Positions 26,501 through 37,850 are shown, counted from the first letter of the stretch. The stretch is 64,000 nt of DNA from Amoebidium appalachense (GCA_963693365.1 CAVNZM010000008.1:6954830-7018829); one strand, 5' to 3'. Notes: generated from the sequence alone by a model not told the origin. Numbers and translations: made by a program.

Positions 26501-27112
26501 AGTGCAACTAAGGACTTCCCGTGCATAGTGCACCGTTCCCCCCACCAGCATACACGACCACAACCTTTCCACGGCCTAGGGGGGCTTGCACAAACTGTTT
26601 AAGCATGCAGCAACATATCGCGCAAACAATTTTACACCGCAAAGCCCCCCCCCCCCCCCCCCCCTTCCATCCCCAGCAAACGGAAAACATAACAAACCGA
26701 CATAACCACTCACACACACTATACCTTTTTCTACCTTTTTCTGATAGGTAAGGAACCAAAGCCGGTCTTCCTACGCCAACTTGACCAGACCTATCCTGGA
26801 TGGAACGGGAACTACCATGCGTCCGTCAAGAAGCATCCTCAACTGAAGCAACTTCCGGCCCGCCTACAGTGGGCTTTAACCCCACCAGAGCAGCGGCCTG
26901 GCGGGGCACGGCTGCGTCGGGACCAGATGCCCAACCCTGACGAGAATCAGGTGTGTTATTTTTCAGGGCACCTCTCCCTCTCTCCACCTCTCCTCCCCCA
27001 CCCACTCTGCCTTTCCTTCATCCCTATCCTCACCCTGCTCCCCCTCCCCCATCCTCCCTCCCCCCTCCTCCCCCCCACCCCCCTTTTTCCTTGTGTTACA
27101 TGTTCTCATCAC

Positions 27113-27147
<35 letters not shown>

Positions 27148-27597
27148 ACGCACACACACACAAAACCCTTCCAACAACCTTTTGCCCAGATACACGTCTA
27201 CCGGTCCATCCACATCAGAGAGGAGGGAAGCAAGTTATACTTCCGGGTGGTGGCATCGGACTCATTCTATGGGAGCCCTCGCTACGACAGCATTCAGGTG
27301 GATGCTGTTGACGACCAAGGCAACAAGGACGAGTGGTATGCGCGGGTCTTGTGTTTGTTTAAATGCATGCACGAGGGAGAACGTAGGTGCTTTGCATTCG
27401 TTCAGTGGTATGAGAAGAAAGGGATGTGTTGTCGGTGTGGGTGTGAAAAGCTGGTTCTTGTAGACCATTACGAATGCATAGAGGTGGAATCGATTCTAGG
27501 GCTCGTGCACGTGGTTCCTAGGTTTGGAAAGGGCCCCAATGATTTCTATGTAAACAGGTTTATCTACCTGGGGACTGTGACTGAGCGCCAGAGCTGA
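18314..27597 (+). CDS. Plavaka-family transposase, 12 exons, ~961 aa
   Basis: Exons 18314-18778, 18986-19138, 19555-19776, 20094-20242, 20329-20577, 22748-22943, 23169-23471, 23681-23835, 25516-25720, 25959-26136, 26748-26950 and 27190-27597 splice in frame (2886 nt), given a GA donor at 23472. Motifs: N-terminal C2HC finger (CPVC..HVRAC), ILYSDQTKLTVFGNTTCYPVYLSIGNI, YITDWPE, FPCHYC, ERMHQ, LDRRWKALPPF, NFIKFH..HY..FG..E.GERHHK..AYKSTN, and a C-terminal AFVQWY..VHVVPRF..FYVNRF. Confidence 0.9.
21110..22200 (-). repeat. 177-bp tandem array (~6 units, alternating A/B variants) in transposase intron 5, inverted orientation
   Basis: The GTCTTTGCGGTGTAAAA anchor occurs at 21194, 21371 and 21548 (period 177). 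Confidence 0.95.
24185..25468 (+). repeat. 177-bp tandem array (~7 units) in transposase intron 8
   Basis: Reverse complement of the 21.1-22.2 kb array. Confidence 0.95.
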
Positions 27598-27931
27598 GTA
27601 TGTAATTGGTCGTGCACGTGTAATCATCAATCTCCTTGGCTTGCATTATTTGATGGTGTGTGTGTGTGTGTGTGTGATATTGATAGGACCCGATAAAGAA
27701 GTGTGTGTGTTCGTGTGTTGTTCAACTGACTGTTCAGTAACTATACGTGAATAGTCATAACCTAAGAGGACGATGAGTATTACATTGTGCCGCCTGTTTG
27801 TTTGAATGTTCGTACCCATAGAATGAAGGAAACCGAAACTGTGTACCGTAAAGTTTGTAACAGCATGAATGCCCCTTTACGATCTCAAAATAAATCGAAG
27901 GACTGTATAACCCGTGTGTGCGTGTGTGCGC

Positions 27932-27977
<46 letters not shown>

Positions 27978-28840
27978 ATATGTCCGTGTGTGCATATATT
28001 TCAGCCACACAGCGCACGCACAAACGCGTGCATGCATGCACGCACGCACACACACACACACACACACACACGCACGCACACACACACACATACACGCACA
28101 CACACACAGACACACATACACGCACACACACGCACACACACACACACGCACACACACATACACAAAACACATACACACACGTGCGCGCAGGCACACACGC
28201 ACGCACGCGCACACACACACGCATATACAGACACACGTCACAGAACTCCAAACAAGCACGTAGGCACTCAACAGTGTATTCACGAATACATGATGTGTTC
28301 ACAAGGCGACGATGTTCAGGGATATTCGTCCAATCAAAAGTCTCCAAATATTTCCCACAATCACAACGACCGAGGATGTTTTTGCCCTATATAAAGCCAG
28401 TATTCCCACCACTACTAATTGTGCGCAGGTATACCTGCGCACATATTAGCACTCCACATGACGTAGTATTAAAAACCCGTGGATATATATTTTTTTTTCG
28501 TGCTCACTACTATATTATAGCCTTGCTAATTAATCAATATTTGAGCTCTTTGCTGTTTATTTCATATTTTACATTTCGCCGCGAGCTGCAAACAGAGTTG
28601 GCTTTTATATTTATTGAAGGGTATCGATACCTGCGTATTTCAAATAATACCGTCAAACATTTATAATAAAATTTGTTGATGTCTATACAGTGTTTCAAAT
28701 AAACCTTCTTAAAACATTCAATCTATATTTTAGCTTTTTAGCACATCCCCCCCTTTTTTTAGTTATCTACGCAGTGGTTTTTGTCGCTCTCCCTTGCCTG
28801 GGTGCTTTAAAAAGCTATATATATATCGGCGGTGTCCGTT

Positions 28841-29332
28841 TGTGTTCATGGCACGTTCAACGTGTATTCAGCGTGAGCACTCGTTTGCACTGATGGATAT
28901 TCAGTTGCACCAAGCTCCTCCCCTGCCGGCGGCGGCGAACGCGGCGGAGCTGCGTTCGAATCGTGCTCAATCCTGTACAAAAACGTTCTAATCGACTGTT
29001 CGCAGAATGAAAAATAAAAAAATGGCACGAAAACTGGCCAAAATGGTGTTACAAATTTACTGGAATGCAACAGTATATACAAAAACGTACAAAAACGTTC
29101 GGGTTGGGCACTTTGTTGCATTTTTGAGCATTCAGCGAATGTACATCCGGGAAACTGGGTACTGGTCATAACGATCTGTGCCAGAGCCGCTGTCCATTGG
29201 TGGATCTCACTCAGGATCATGGTGGCATATCCGCGGTGTACATGTGGGGTTTAATTTCGCTCTTCTCTTTCTTTTCTCGTTTGTTGTAACCAGCACAGCG
29301 TTACAAGGCGGTCGCAGTAGACGCAATAAAGC

Positions 29333-29378
<46 letters not shown>

Positions 29379-29902
29379 CGTACTACTCCCACCGTCACGC
29401 GAACCTGCCTCGCTCAGCCTTGCTCGATGCACGTATCCGTGTGTGTTCATGGAATGTTCAATCGGAACATTTGTGGATAGCCATTGGCACCCAGCTCCTC
29501 CCCTGCCGGCGCGGCGGAGCTGCGTTCGAATCGTGCTCAATCCTGTACAAAAACGTTCTAATCGACTGTTCGCCGAATGAAAAATAAAAAATTGGCACGA
29601 AAACTGGCCAAAATGGTGTTACAAATTTACTGGAATGCAACAGTATGTACAAAAACGTACAAAAACGTTCGGGTTGGGCACGTTTTTGCATTTTTGAGCA
29701 TTCAGCGAATGTACATCCGGGAAACTGGGTACTGGTCATGACGATCTGTGCCAGAGCCGCTGGCCATTGGTGGATCTCACTCAGGATCATGGTGGCATAT
29801 CCGCGGTGTACATGTGGGGTATAATTTCGCTCTTCTCTTTCTTTTCTCGTTTGTTGTAACCAGCACAGCGTTACAAGGCGGTCGCAGTAGACGCAATAAA
29901 GC

Positions 29903-29938
<36 letters not shown>

Positions 29939-30345
29939 CGTACTACTCCCACCGTCACGCGAACCTGCCTTGCTCAGCCTCACTCGATGCGCGTATCCGT
30001 GTGTGTTCATGGAATGTTCAATCAGAACATTTGTGGATAGCCATTGGCACCCAGCTCCTCCCCTGCCGGCGCGGCGGAGCTGCGTTCGAATCGTGCTCAA
30101 TCCTGTACAAAAACGTTCTAATCGACTGTTCGCAGAATGAAAAATAAAAAAATGGCACGAAAACTGGCCAAAACGGTGTTACAAATTTACTGGAATGCAA
30201 CAGTATATACAAAAACGTACAAAAACGTTCGGGTTGGGCACGTTTTTGCATTTTTGAGCATTCAGCGAATGTACATCCGGGAAACTGGGTACTGGTCATG
30301 ACGATCTGTGCCAAAGCCGCTGGCCATTGGTGGATCTCATTCAGG
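28841..30345. repeat. Tandem duplication of a ~560-600-bp unit (~2.6 copies) containing (TA)n
   Basis: GTGTTCATGG...CTGCGTTCGAATCGTGCTCAATCC...GGATCTCA restarts at ~28841, ~29441 and ~30001. The ORF track shows the same triplication. Confidence 0.93.
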
Positions 30346-30552
30346 AATGCGGCGAGCGCAGCAAGGCCGTTTCAATGGGCGTACATCCAACCTTTTTTCG
30401 TTTCGGTCCGGTCTGTTCTTTGCAAAAAGCACAGCGTTACAGGGCGGTCAAAGTAGCTAGACACAGCCTTCACTTAGTAATTCTTATATAAGCATACCCG
30501 AACCTTTCCCTGTCGTTCCCTTACGTTTCTCCGCCATAGTATAACCTTCAAC

Positions 30553-31972
30553 ATGAGCGATTCGCCAGCAGACGCGCAACAAAAGGTAGTTGTTGAGTAA
30601 AAATTGATGAGTTGGTCGTGAAAATCCAAAATGGCCTGAACATTTCGACTCTTTCAATTCCTCTCGGTACAACAAGCCCTCTTCAGTTTGTTTCAACAAC
30701 ACCTGATCAAGTCGGCAGGCCAAATCGCCAACTTGGGTTTCAAGCCCCCACCCCCGCTAGGGCCTCCCCGCCGGCCTCTCACCCGCTTGTACCAGAAAAC
30801 CGCGTCATCACACCCGCCGTTGCTCGCCAGCTCATCACGGACATCGGCGCAGACAAATGGCTGTCGTGCCTCTGTGTCCGGGCTCCCCAGGTCGAGGGCG
30901 TTACCGTGCAGCGGGAACCGTCGAGTTTTGGACAATGCGTAGGGTACAGTGCACCCCCTCACAACGCCACTCAGTGCAAGAAGAAAGCAACGGAGGAAGG
31001 TGGTCTGTGTGTGCTGCACCAGGCACAACTTGGGACCGGAGGAGGCTATGGCCAGGTTCACATTGGTCCCCTCTTTCCCCATCTCTCCTACTCACACACA
31101 TTGTCACCCTGACGAGCAGACATCTTTGTGCCTGGATACTCACACTCTAGCTCCCCACAGTCTTGCACCTCACCTCTGTCTCTTGTTTCTTCGCATATAC
31201 CCCCCCTCGCCCCCACCAGCTTTCCTCCGCCCCTCCCCCCCTCCCCCTTCCCCCCTTACACGGTCTGAACCCGAGTTGTCTTTCTGACGTTTCTCCCACT
31301 CTCATCTTGCTCCCCCCCCCCCCCCCCCCCGCCTAAACCTCCCCCCCCCCCCCCCCCGTCCCCAACCAATACTTCCCCTTCCCTCCTCTCCTCTCACTTC
31401 TCCTGGGCCATCCCCTCTTCCCCCCTACACACACACCCTCCCCCTTCCCCCCCCCCCCCTCCCCCCTTCCCCCCCCCCCCCCCCTGGGCCCCTCCTGCAC
31501 ACACTCAGGTTCACAAATGCAAGAAGTTCCTGTGCGCAAACCTGGTCACCTGCTGCGAAGGGTACTGTGTGTCCCATACAGTTCACTTCCATCTTGAGCG
31601 CAACGGTGAGACACCCCCCCTCCCCCCCCCCCCCCCCTATCCCCCCCCCCCCCCCCTCCCCCGCCCTTCCTTCCCCAGTCCCCCGCTCGCCCCCCACCGC
31701 CCCCTCACCCCACTAGCCTGCGGTTTAAACCAACCGGCCTTTGAACAGGAGTGTGGCCTCATGTTTGTTACTTCTTAGTGTTCTTTTGCTAACCCCCAGG
31801 ATCCTCCCCCCCCCCCCCCCCCCCCTCGCCCCTCATCAGCCACATACATTCCTTCCCCATGCTCTGCTTGCACCCCCCCCCCCCCCCCCTAAACCTGCCG
31901 TCCCCTTCCCACCCCCCCCCCCCCCCCCCACCACGCACACACGGACACGCACACGCGTGCACACTTACACAC

Positions 31973-32022
<50 letters not shown>

Positions 32023-32160
32023 ACATACACACACACAAACACCACACACACACACACACATACACACACACACACATGCACACACACATGCAGGTTCTCA
32101 GATAGTTCACTCGCCTGCGGCAGCATCTTCAAGTTAACGAAGCCACCACCAAGCTACTAG
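30553..32160 (+). CDS. Spliced ~203-aa Cys/His-rich protein of unknown function (putative zinc-binding)
   Basis: Exons 30553-30585, 30687-31055, 31509-31605, 31717-31762 and 32094-32160 join in frame with GT-AG boundaries (612 nt). It has two C..C..CxxH units: QCVGYSAPPHNATQCKKKATEEGGLCVLH and KCKKFLCANLVTCCEGYCVSH. Confidence 0.7.
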
Positions 32161-32259
32161 GGACTGCCGTTAATTTAGTAATAAAAGAAAGTGATAAAAA
32201 AACCTTGAGTCCGGGTCCTTAACCCCCCCCCCCCCCCCCCCCCCCCCATCCTTTTGCAT

Positions 32260-32821
32260 ACATGAATATGCAGGCTGAATGTACATGTACACGGTAGTTG
32301 TACTACTGGAATATACCATCTTCTTCATATTCATTAGCATTCATATTCATATTCAATATTATCTGAGATGTGCCCAGCTACTATCCATGTATGTTCACGA
32401 AGAGTATGGGGTTAGTACACATGAGTACCATATGGACACTATGCGGTGCAATGGAATACATAGTGTATAGGTGATATTCAGAGGGTATTCATAAGATATT
32501 GTGTGGTACCAGTGACTGTTCAGTATGAGTATTTGGGTTGGTATACTATACGTGTTCATAGTGTGTTACAAGAATACAATCGAATACGCGTTGCGTGGGT
32601 ATTACTTGAATGTTCGTCATTAGGTATTCACATATATTCCGCATGTGTTCCATATGTGTTCGTCTGACATTCATAAGGCATTCATGAATACATGGTGCCC
32701 GTTAGTGTTCATTGGAATGCCATACACGTGTACGAGTGTATCATTTAATGTTCTGGCTGAATATTCATGGTCGCGTTTTGGACAGTATATTCCAATAATA
32801 TTCAAGTACACCCCGGGGGGG
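32260..32821. repeat. Subterminal array of 11-bp-phased RYRTTC hexamers ending in a G run (putative right terminus)
   Basis: Hexamers at 32474, 32485, 32624, 32634, 32645, 32656, 32667 and 32678. Confidence 0.65.
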
Positions 32822-35208
32822 TTTGCTGATGTAGTGGCCACGCCGGTGCAGTGAGGCAGCACTGGCGGAGAAGCGTTGCTGGAAGCACCCGGGACACCAC
32901 TGCACCACCCAACAAGGAAGCACAGTGCAGAACATGGTGCTAGCAAACCCAGAACGCAAATCACAACGCATCAAAGGGGCCAAAGCACACATCGCCTGAA
33001 GCTCCCACACCACGGGCAGGGGAAGGGGCTGTTCCCGACCCCCCAGCTGCTCCACAAAACTGTAGACAGCACTCAGAACCGACAAAAGCGGCCGCTGCAG
33101 CAGTGCCGCCCACACCCAACCACCAAGCAACTGCTGCAAACGGAGCTGCGTGACGACACCACAACGCAACACGGCCTGGGTTTCCGCCACCAGACGGCAC
33201 AAGGAAGCGCCAGACGGGCGCAATATCCCAGAGCGATGCATTTCCAGGCCTAGCAGCACCATAGAGGACGACGAACCAGCAGCCACACCTTCTTGACATT
33301 GGAGGGAAGACCAGCCGGGCCGGTGACGCCATGATACGATCACGCTGACGATTGATGGCGGTGGCATCTGTGCCGACCCAGCCACAGTCGTCTACATACA
33401 GGGCATGCTGCGTGGCCTCCACAGGCCGCGGCACTATTGCACAGAGGCGCCAATGCGGGGCATGCCGGCCGGTCAGCCAACTGCCCATGGACGTCTTGAG
33501 CCACAAGCACAGAATGCACCCAGCCCATGGGCACGGTCTTGAGGGCCGGGTACACAAGCCGGCGGGCCCAGCAATGCCAACAGCCCCGAAGACACAGGCG
33601 GCAATCCCAAGTACCGCCACAGCCACCCGGGGCAAGAAGACGATGGAACTGGTTGTCCATGTCTGGCTTGCCAAAATAGAGGCAATCCTCAGGCCCCAGC
33701 AACAGATCGGCAAAATCGGCAGGGTTGGGCAGGTGCACCTGAGGGCAGGATGATCACGGGCAAAGAACAGGGCCACGGCGGCCGCAAAAATGACGCGGGC
33801 TCTTGTTTTTTTGGGACCCCAAACAGCCCATAAATGGCCAGTGGTTTCCTTCGCCTAGAAATATTGCACCATGCCGCAGTCTTGAAGCCGAAGAAGCAGG
33901 GGACCGACCCCACTGGGAACGGATGCGCCGGTCGGATGCGGCGCAGCTCTGCAGGCGTCGGCGGAACAGTCTTGAGAAGGGCGCCGCGCAGTTGGCCAAA
34001 AACGGCTGCAGCGTAGGAGACAAGAACTGCAACACGTCCACTGTGGCTCCAACCCCAGGGGGTGGCAAAGCGGCATTTGCCGCCGTGAGAGGTAGCCAGC
34101 CATCCACGATGGGCTTGTCCAGAACGGCCGGCACAGGAAGGCGGAAAAAAAACAGAGGCGGCAAAGACAGACGTGGCATAGCGGGAATCCTTAGAAAAAT
34201 TAGGGGGCAATTTAATCAAGGGCACGTGGCAGGAAACCACAAGAAATAAGATACAGAACCGCATGCGAACCCCCAAAGGGCCGTTAGGCCCGTGCCCCCG
34301 GTCCCCGGAGGGGATGGACCGGCGCGGAGGGCCACTGCCGGGAGAGCCGACGGGTGACGCGAGAGGCCGGGGGCAAGGCAGGGGGGGGGCAGGCGCGCGC
34401 AGGAGCCCCAAACTGCTCTGCAACAGCCCAGTCCCCGTGACGACAGCAGTCGCACAGCCAGCAGACGGCGCACACCAACTTCCACAGCAGGTGACCCGCG
34501 GGCCTAGGGTCGGCGGCCAGCAGCAGACCAGCATACGGGCAAGCGCAGAGCCTCCGTTTGTGCGGGTGACCCATTCCGCCGCGTGGACAGCCGAGGACCG
34601 AGGCCTGGCAGCCAAGGGCGAGGTAGGAAGGGCGAGCGACGCAGAATTGGCGCCGCGGAGAGAGAAACGGGGGGTTGGGGGAAGGAGCAGAGCGACCGAG
34701 CCACGCCGGAACAGAACCCACCGAGATGGGTGCCACGCCGGTGCGACGCAGACAGGCCCTGCCCGCCCGCGCGACGCGGCCAGCAGGCCGCCGGCAGAGG
34801 CGGGGCGACCAGACTGGGAACAGAGAGGGCTGCACTGGGCAGGCGCCTGCAGCGCCGGACCACACCCGAACGCGTGGGGAGAGGGGACCCAGGTGGGGGG
34901 AGGCACGGCCGCTGCGAGGAGGCGACCGAGCAGCAGCGTCGGGACCCAACCAACCACCAGGTCACAAAGCCACCGACCCCAACCACAGGAGCCTGCAGCG
35001 CAGGGAGACCGCACCCCGGAGAGACCCCGACCAGAGCAGAGGAGGCGCCAGAAGAGGAAGAGCACAAGCAAGAAAACCCCACACCCCCCCAAGACCACCA
35101 CACCCGAGAACACAGCACGCACCCCCCCCCACCCAGCACCACCCCACCACCCCCGCCACCAGCCCGCCCGGCCCGCCCCCAAAAGAACAGCACACCGGCG
35201 CACGGACC

Positions 35209-35251
<43 letters not shown>

Positions 35252-35350
35252 ACGACCAAAACTCGCCTGACCCCCGGTGCCCGGGTTGTGCAGATGAGGC
35301 GGCGGGGGAAGTGGAGGACACTGCGAGTGGAGAGGGACCGCCAGCAGGGG
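32822..35350 (-). mobile_element. Degenerate RT-bearing retroelement of a second DIRS-like family
   Basis: Frameshifted RT motifs GLFGVPKK, LPNPADF, DMDNQFHRL, PMGWVHSVLVAQ, LYVDD, QQLLGGWVWAALLQRPLLSVL and WELQAMCALAPLM. No YR is visible; the element is cut at 32821. Confidence 0.7.
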
Positions 35351-35569
35351 GCCCCCCAATAGGAGGTGTGGCGGAGGGAGGGTGAGGGGCAGGAGAGGAG
35401 GGAGAGGGGAGAAGCACCGTGGGGAAGCAGAGAGAAAGGGGGGACAGCGGGGGAGGGAGGAGAGGGGGGGAGAAGGGGTGAGAGGAGGGAGAGAGGACAG
35501 ACACCTGGGCCGTACATCCGTCTTGGAGGTTGGAGGGGAGGGGGGGGAAAGTACGGTGGGGGGAGCTGA

Positions 35570-36149
35570 AGGTCACGTCCTTCCGTTTAACGTGACGGGA
35601 CGGGTCGAAGAAAGTCAGGGTCTTGGAGGTAAATTCCCCTGAACGGAGGAGACCACAAAAACCGACAATGAGGACCGTCCATAGTCGGAGATTGGCCGAG
35701 GAGGCCTTGGTGGGGCACTGGCCATGGAGTAGGCCGAGGTGGGAGGGCAGGAGGGGCTCCCTGGTAGATGATCCGGGCCGGATGTTGTGAGAAAGCTGTC
35801 ATCTGCCCACCCCTCGTAGGAACCAGGCCAGAGACTTGTCGTGGGGGTAGGGAGCAGGGAGGCCCATGTCGAGGTGGAGTCTGGTGATGGCCGAATTGTA
35901 GCTGGCTAAGGAAGAGGCCTGGACCCCTCGTTGGGCACACCAGGCGAGAAAGAGCTGCACGGTGTGTGGGGAGGCCGGGAGGTAGGGCCCGGAGGAGGAT
36001 TGCAGCCGAGATGCCACACAAAAATCGATGAACACTTTTTGCACCCGGGAGTAAAAGGCCCGAGAGTGGAGGTTGAGACTCAGGGCCTGGCATTCCTGCA
36101 GGGTAGTGGTGGCTCGAAGCAGCTCGGCCGGAGCAAAGTGGGGGGCCAA
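35570..36149 (-). pseudogene. Ngaro tyrosine recombinase, premature stop and truncated
   Basis: Near-identical to the copy-1 YR N-terminus, with TGG->TGA at ~35799. Confidence 0.88.
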
Positions 36150-36196
36150 TCTGCCAGCGTTGCTCCAGAAGGGGAGATCTGGGGGGGGTGGGGGGG

Positions 36197-37850
36197 TTAG
36201 CCCAGGGGAAGGGATAGGAACTCGTGGACCCAGGAGGGGAAGGGGCAGGGCTCCAGTTGCAGGGAAGGTCGGAGTCGTCGGGCTCTGGGAAGTTGGTTAC
36301 GTGAAACGGCATCGGCTAGATGGTTGAGGGGTCCCGGTAGGTAGGAGGCCTGCAACGTAAATTGGTATTGCATTTCCATGCGGGTGATGAACCGAATAAG
36401 TTTGGCCATCACGGGGTGGGGGGAAGACCGGGAGTGCAGGTCAGACACAGCACCCGTGTTGTCGCATAAAATACGGACATGGTGGGTGGACCAGGAAGGG
36501 GCCCAGAGGGCCACGGCGGCTGAGATGGCCAAGAGTTCGATGACGGAAGAACCGAGTTTATCCTCATGAGCATAGAGGGCTTGGGTGGAGGGAGACCAGG
36601 GCATGAAAAACCATTGGTCCAGCCAGTGGCCCCCTAGACCAACTGATCCGGCAGCATCGGTAGCCAGGGTGGTGTATGTGGGGGGTGTGATAAGGTGCCC
36701 CACCCCATTCCATGATGTGAGGAACTGGTGCCATTCGTCTATGTCTGCCCAGGCGGCAGCAGTCAGCCGAATGTGGTGGTGGCCGGCAAGGTGGGGGTGG
36801 GTCCAGAGAAGGGCCCATAGGCGCTGGGAGAAGGCCCTCCCGGGGGGAACCAGCTGGGCACACCAGGTGAGCTTGCCGAGGAGGGATTGCAGGACCCGAA
36901 TGGTGATGGTGGGTTTTGGGTGGGAGGTGAGGTCGAGTAGGTCCGAGAGTTTGGAAGCAGGGATCCGTGCCTCCATGGTGACGGAGTCGAATTCGATACC
37001 GATGAAGACGATACATGTAGCCGGGCCCTGCATTCTGTTTTCGGAGATGGCAATGTGCAGCTCGGCAGAGTTGCAGGAAGGTGGATAGGTGACGTTGGCA
37101 CTGCTCTTGGGTGGGGGCGACTATAATACAGTCGTCCATGTAGTGCCGGATGAGGGTAACACCGTGCTGGTGTTGCAGCCACTGGAGGGTGGCCGCGATC
37201 CGTTCCCAGATAACTGGGCTAGATTTCAGGCCGAAGGGCAGTCTGGTGTCAACGTAAAAATGCCCGTGCCTTAATGCCATTAAGTGATGGTCTTCTGGTC
37301 GGATGGGCATGTGCTGGAAGGCAGCCTGCACGTCTGCCACGACCATGTAGCAGCCAGGGCCTGCGTCGAGACTATGAGCTGGGTGACGTCCCGGGCTCGA
37401 ATGTACTGAAGTTCGTCGAGGTAGGTGATGCTGTCATTGACACTGCTGCCCCGGGGCCATGAGAGGTGGTGGATTCGACGGTACTTGGGGGGGTTCCCTT
37501 TTTTAGTAACGGCGCCGATGGGGGAGGAACGGTGGACCGGAAATTCGGCAAAGAATTGGTCCGGGGAGAGGGGGCCGCGCAGGTGGCCGAGGGCGACTTC
37601 TTTGGCAATATCCGCCGTGATAGCGGCAGCTGCATCCGGGGGTGGTGGGTAGGTTGGGGCCCACCCGAGAGGTGGAGGGGCCGCGATATCTGATGTCGAC
37701 ACCAAAATCGACATCGTGGAGGAGCTGCGCGGCGAATGATTGGTCTGGGTAGGAGGCCAGCAGCTCCCGGAGGCGGGAGGTGTCAATGTGGTGCTGGGGC
37801 AGGGGGCGGGCCTCTGGGTCTGAGCCTCGGGGGAAGGTGTGGTTAGCAAG
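36197..37850 (-). pseudogene. Ngaro RT/RNase H, frameshifted
   Basis: Motifs SPIGAVTKK, YRRIHHLSWP, SVND, DVQAAFQHMPI, RLPFGLKSSP and YMDD, followed by RNase H as in copy 1. Confidence 0.92.

Larger units (their letters stand above)
12036..32821. mobile_element. Giant Plavaka (CACTA/CMC-like) DNA transposon with two cargo genes; left end missing
   Basis: Contains the Plavaka transposase and two spliced genes with the same poly-C intron style and shared RYRTTC motif clusters. The right end is a phased motif array closing in CCCCGGGGGGG that interrupts a retroelement ORF. The boundaries are inferred. Confidence 0.6.

Noticed and set aside
33689-35576. Long overlapping GC-rich ORFs (up to 556 aa) on both strands
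   Set aside because: They reflect stop-poor GC-rich decayed retroelement sequence with no coherent domain beyond the RT fragments already listed.
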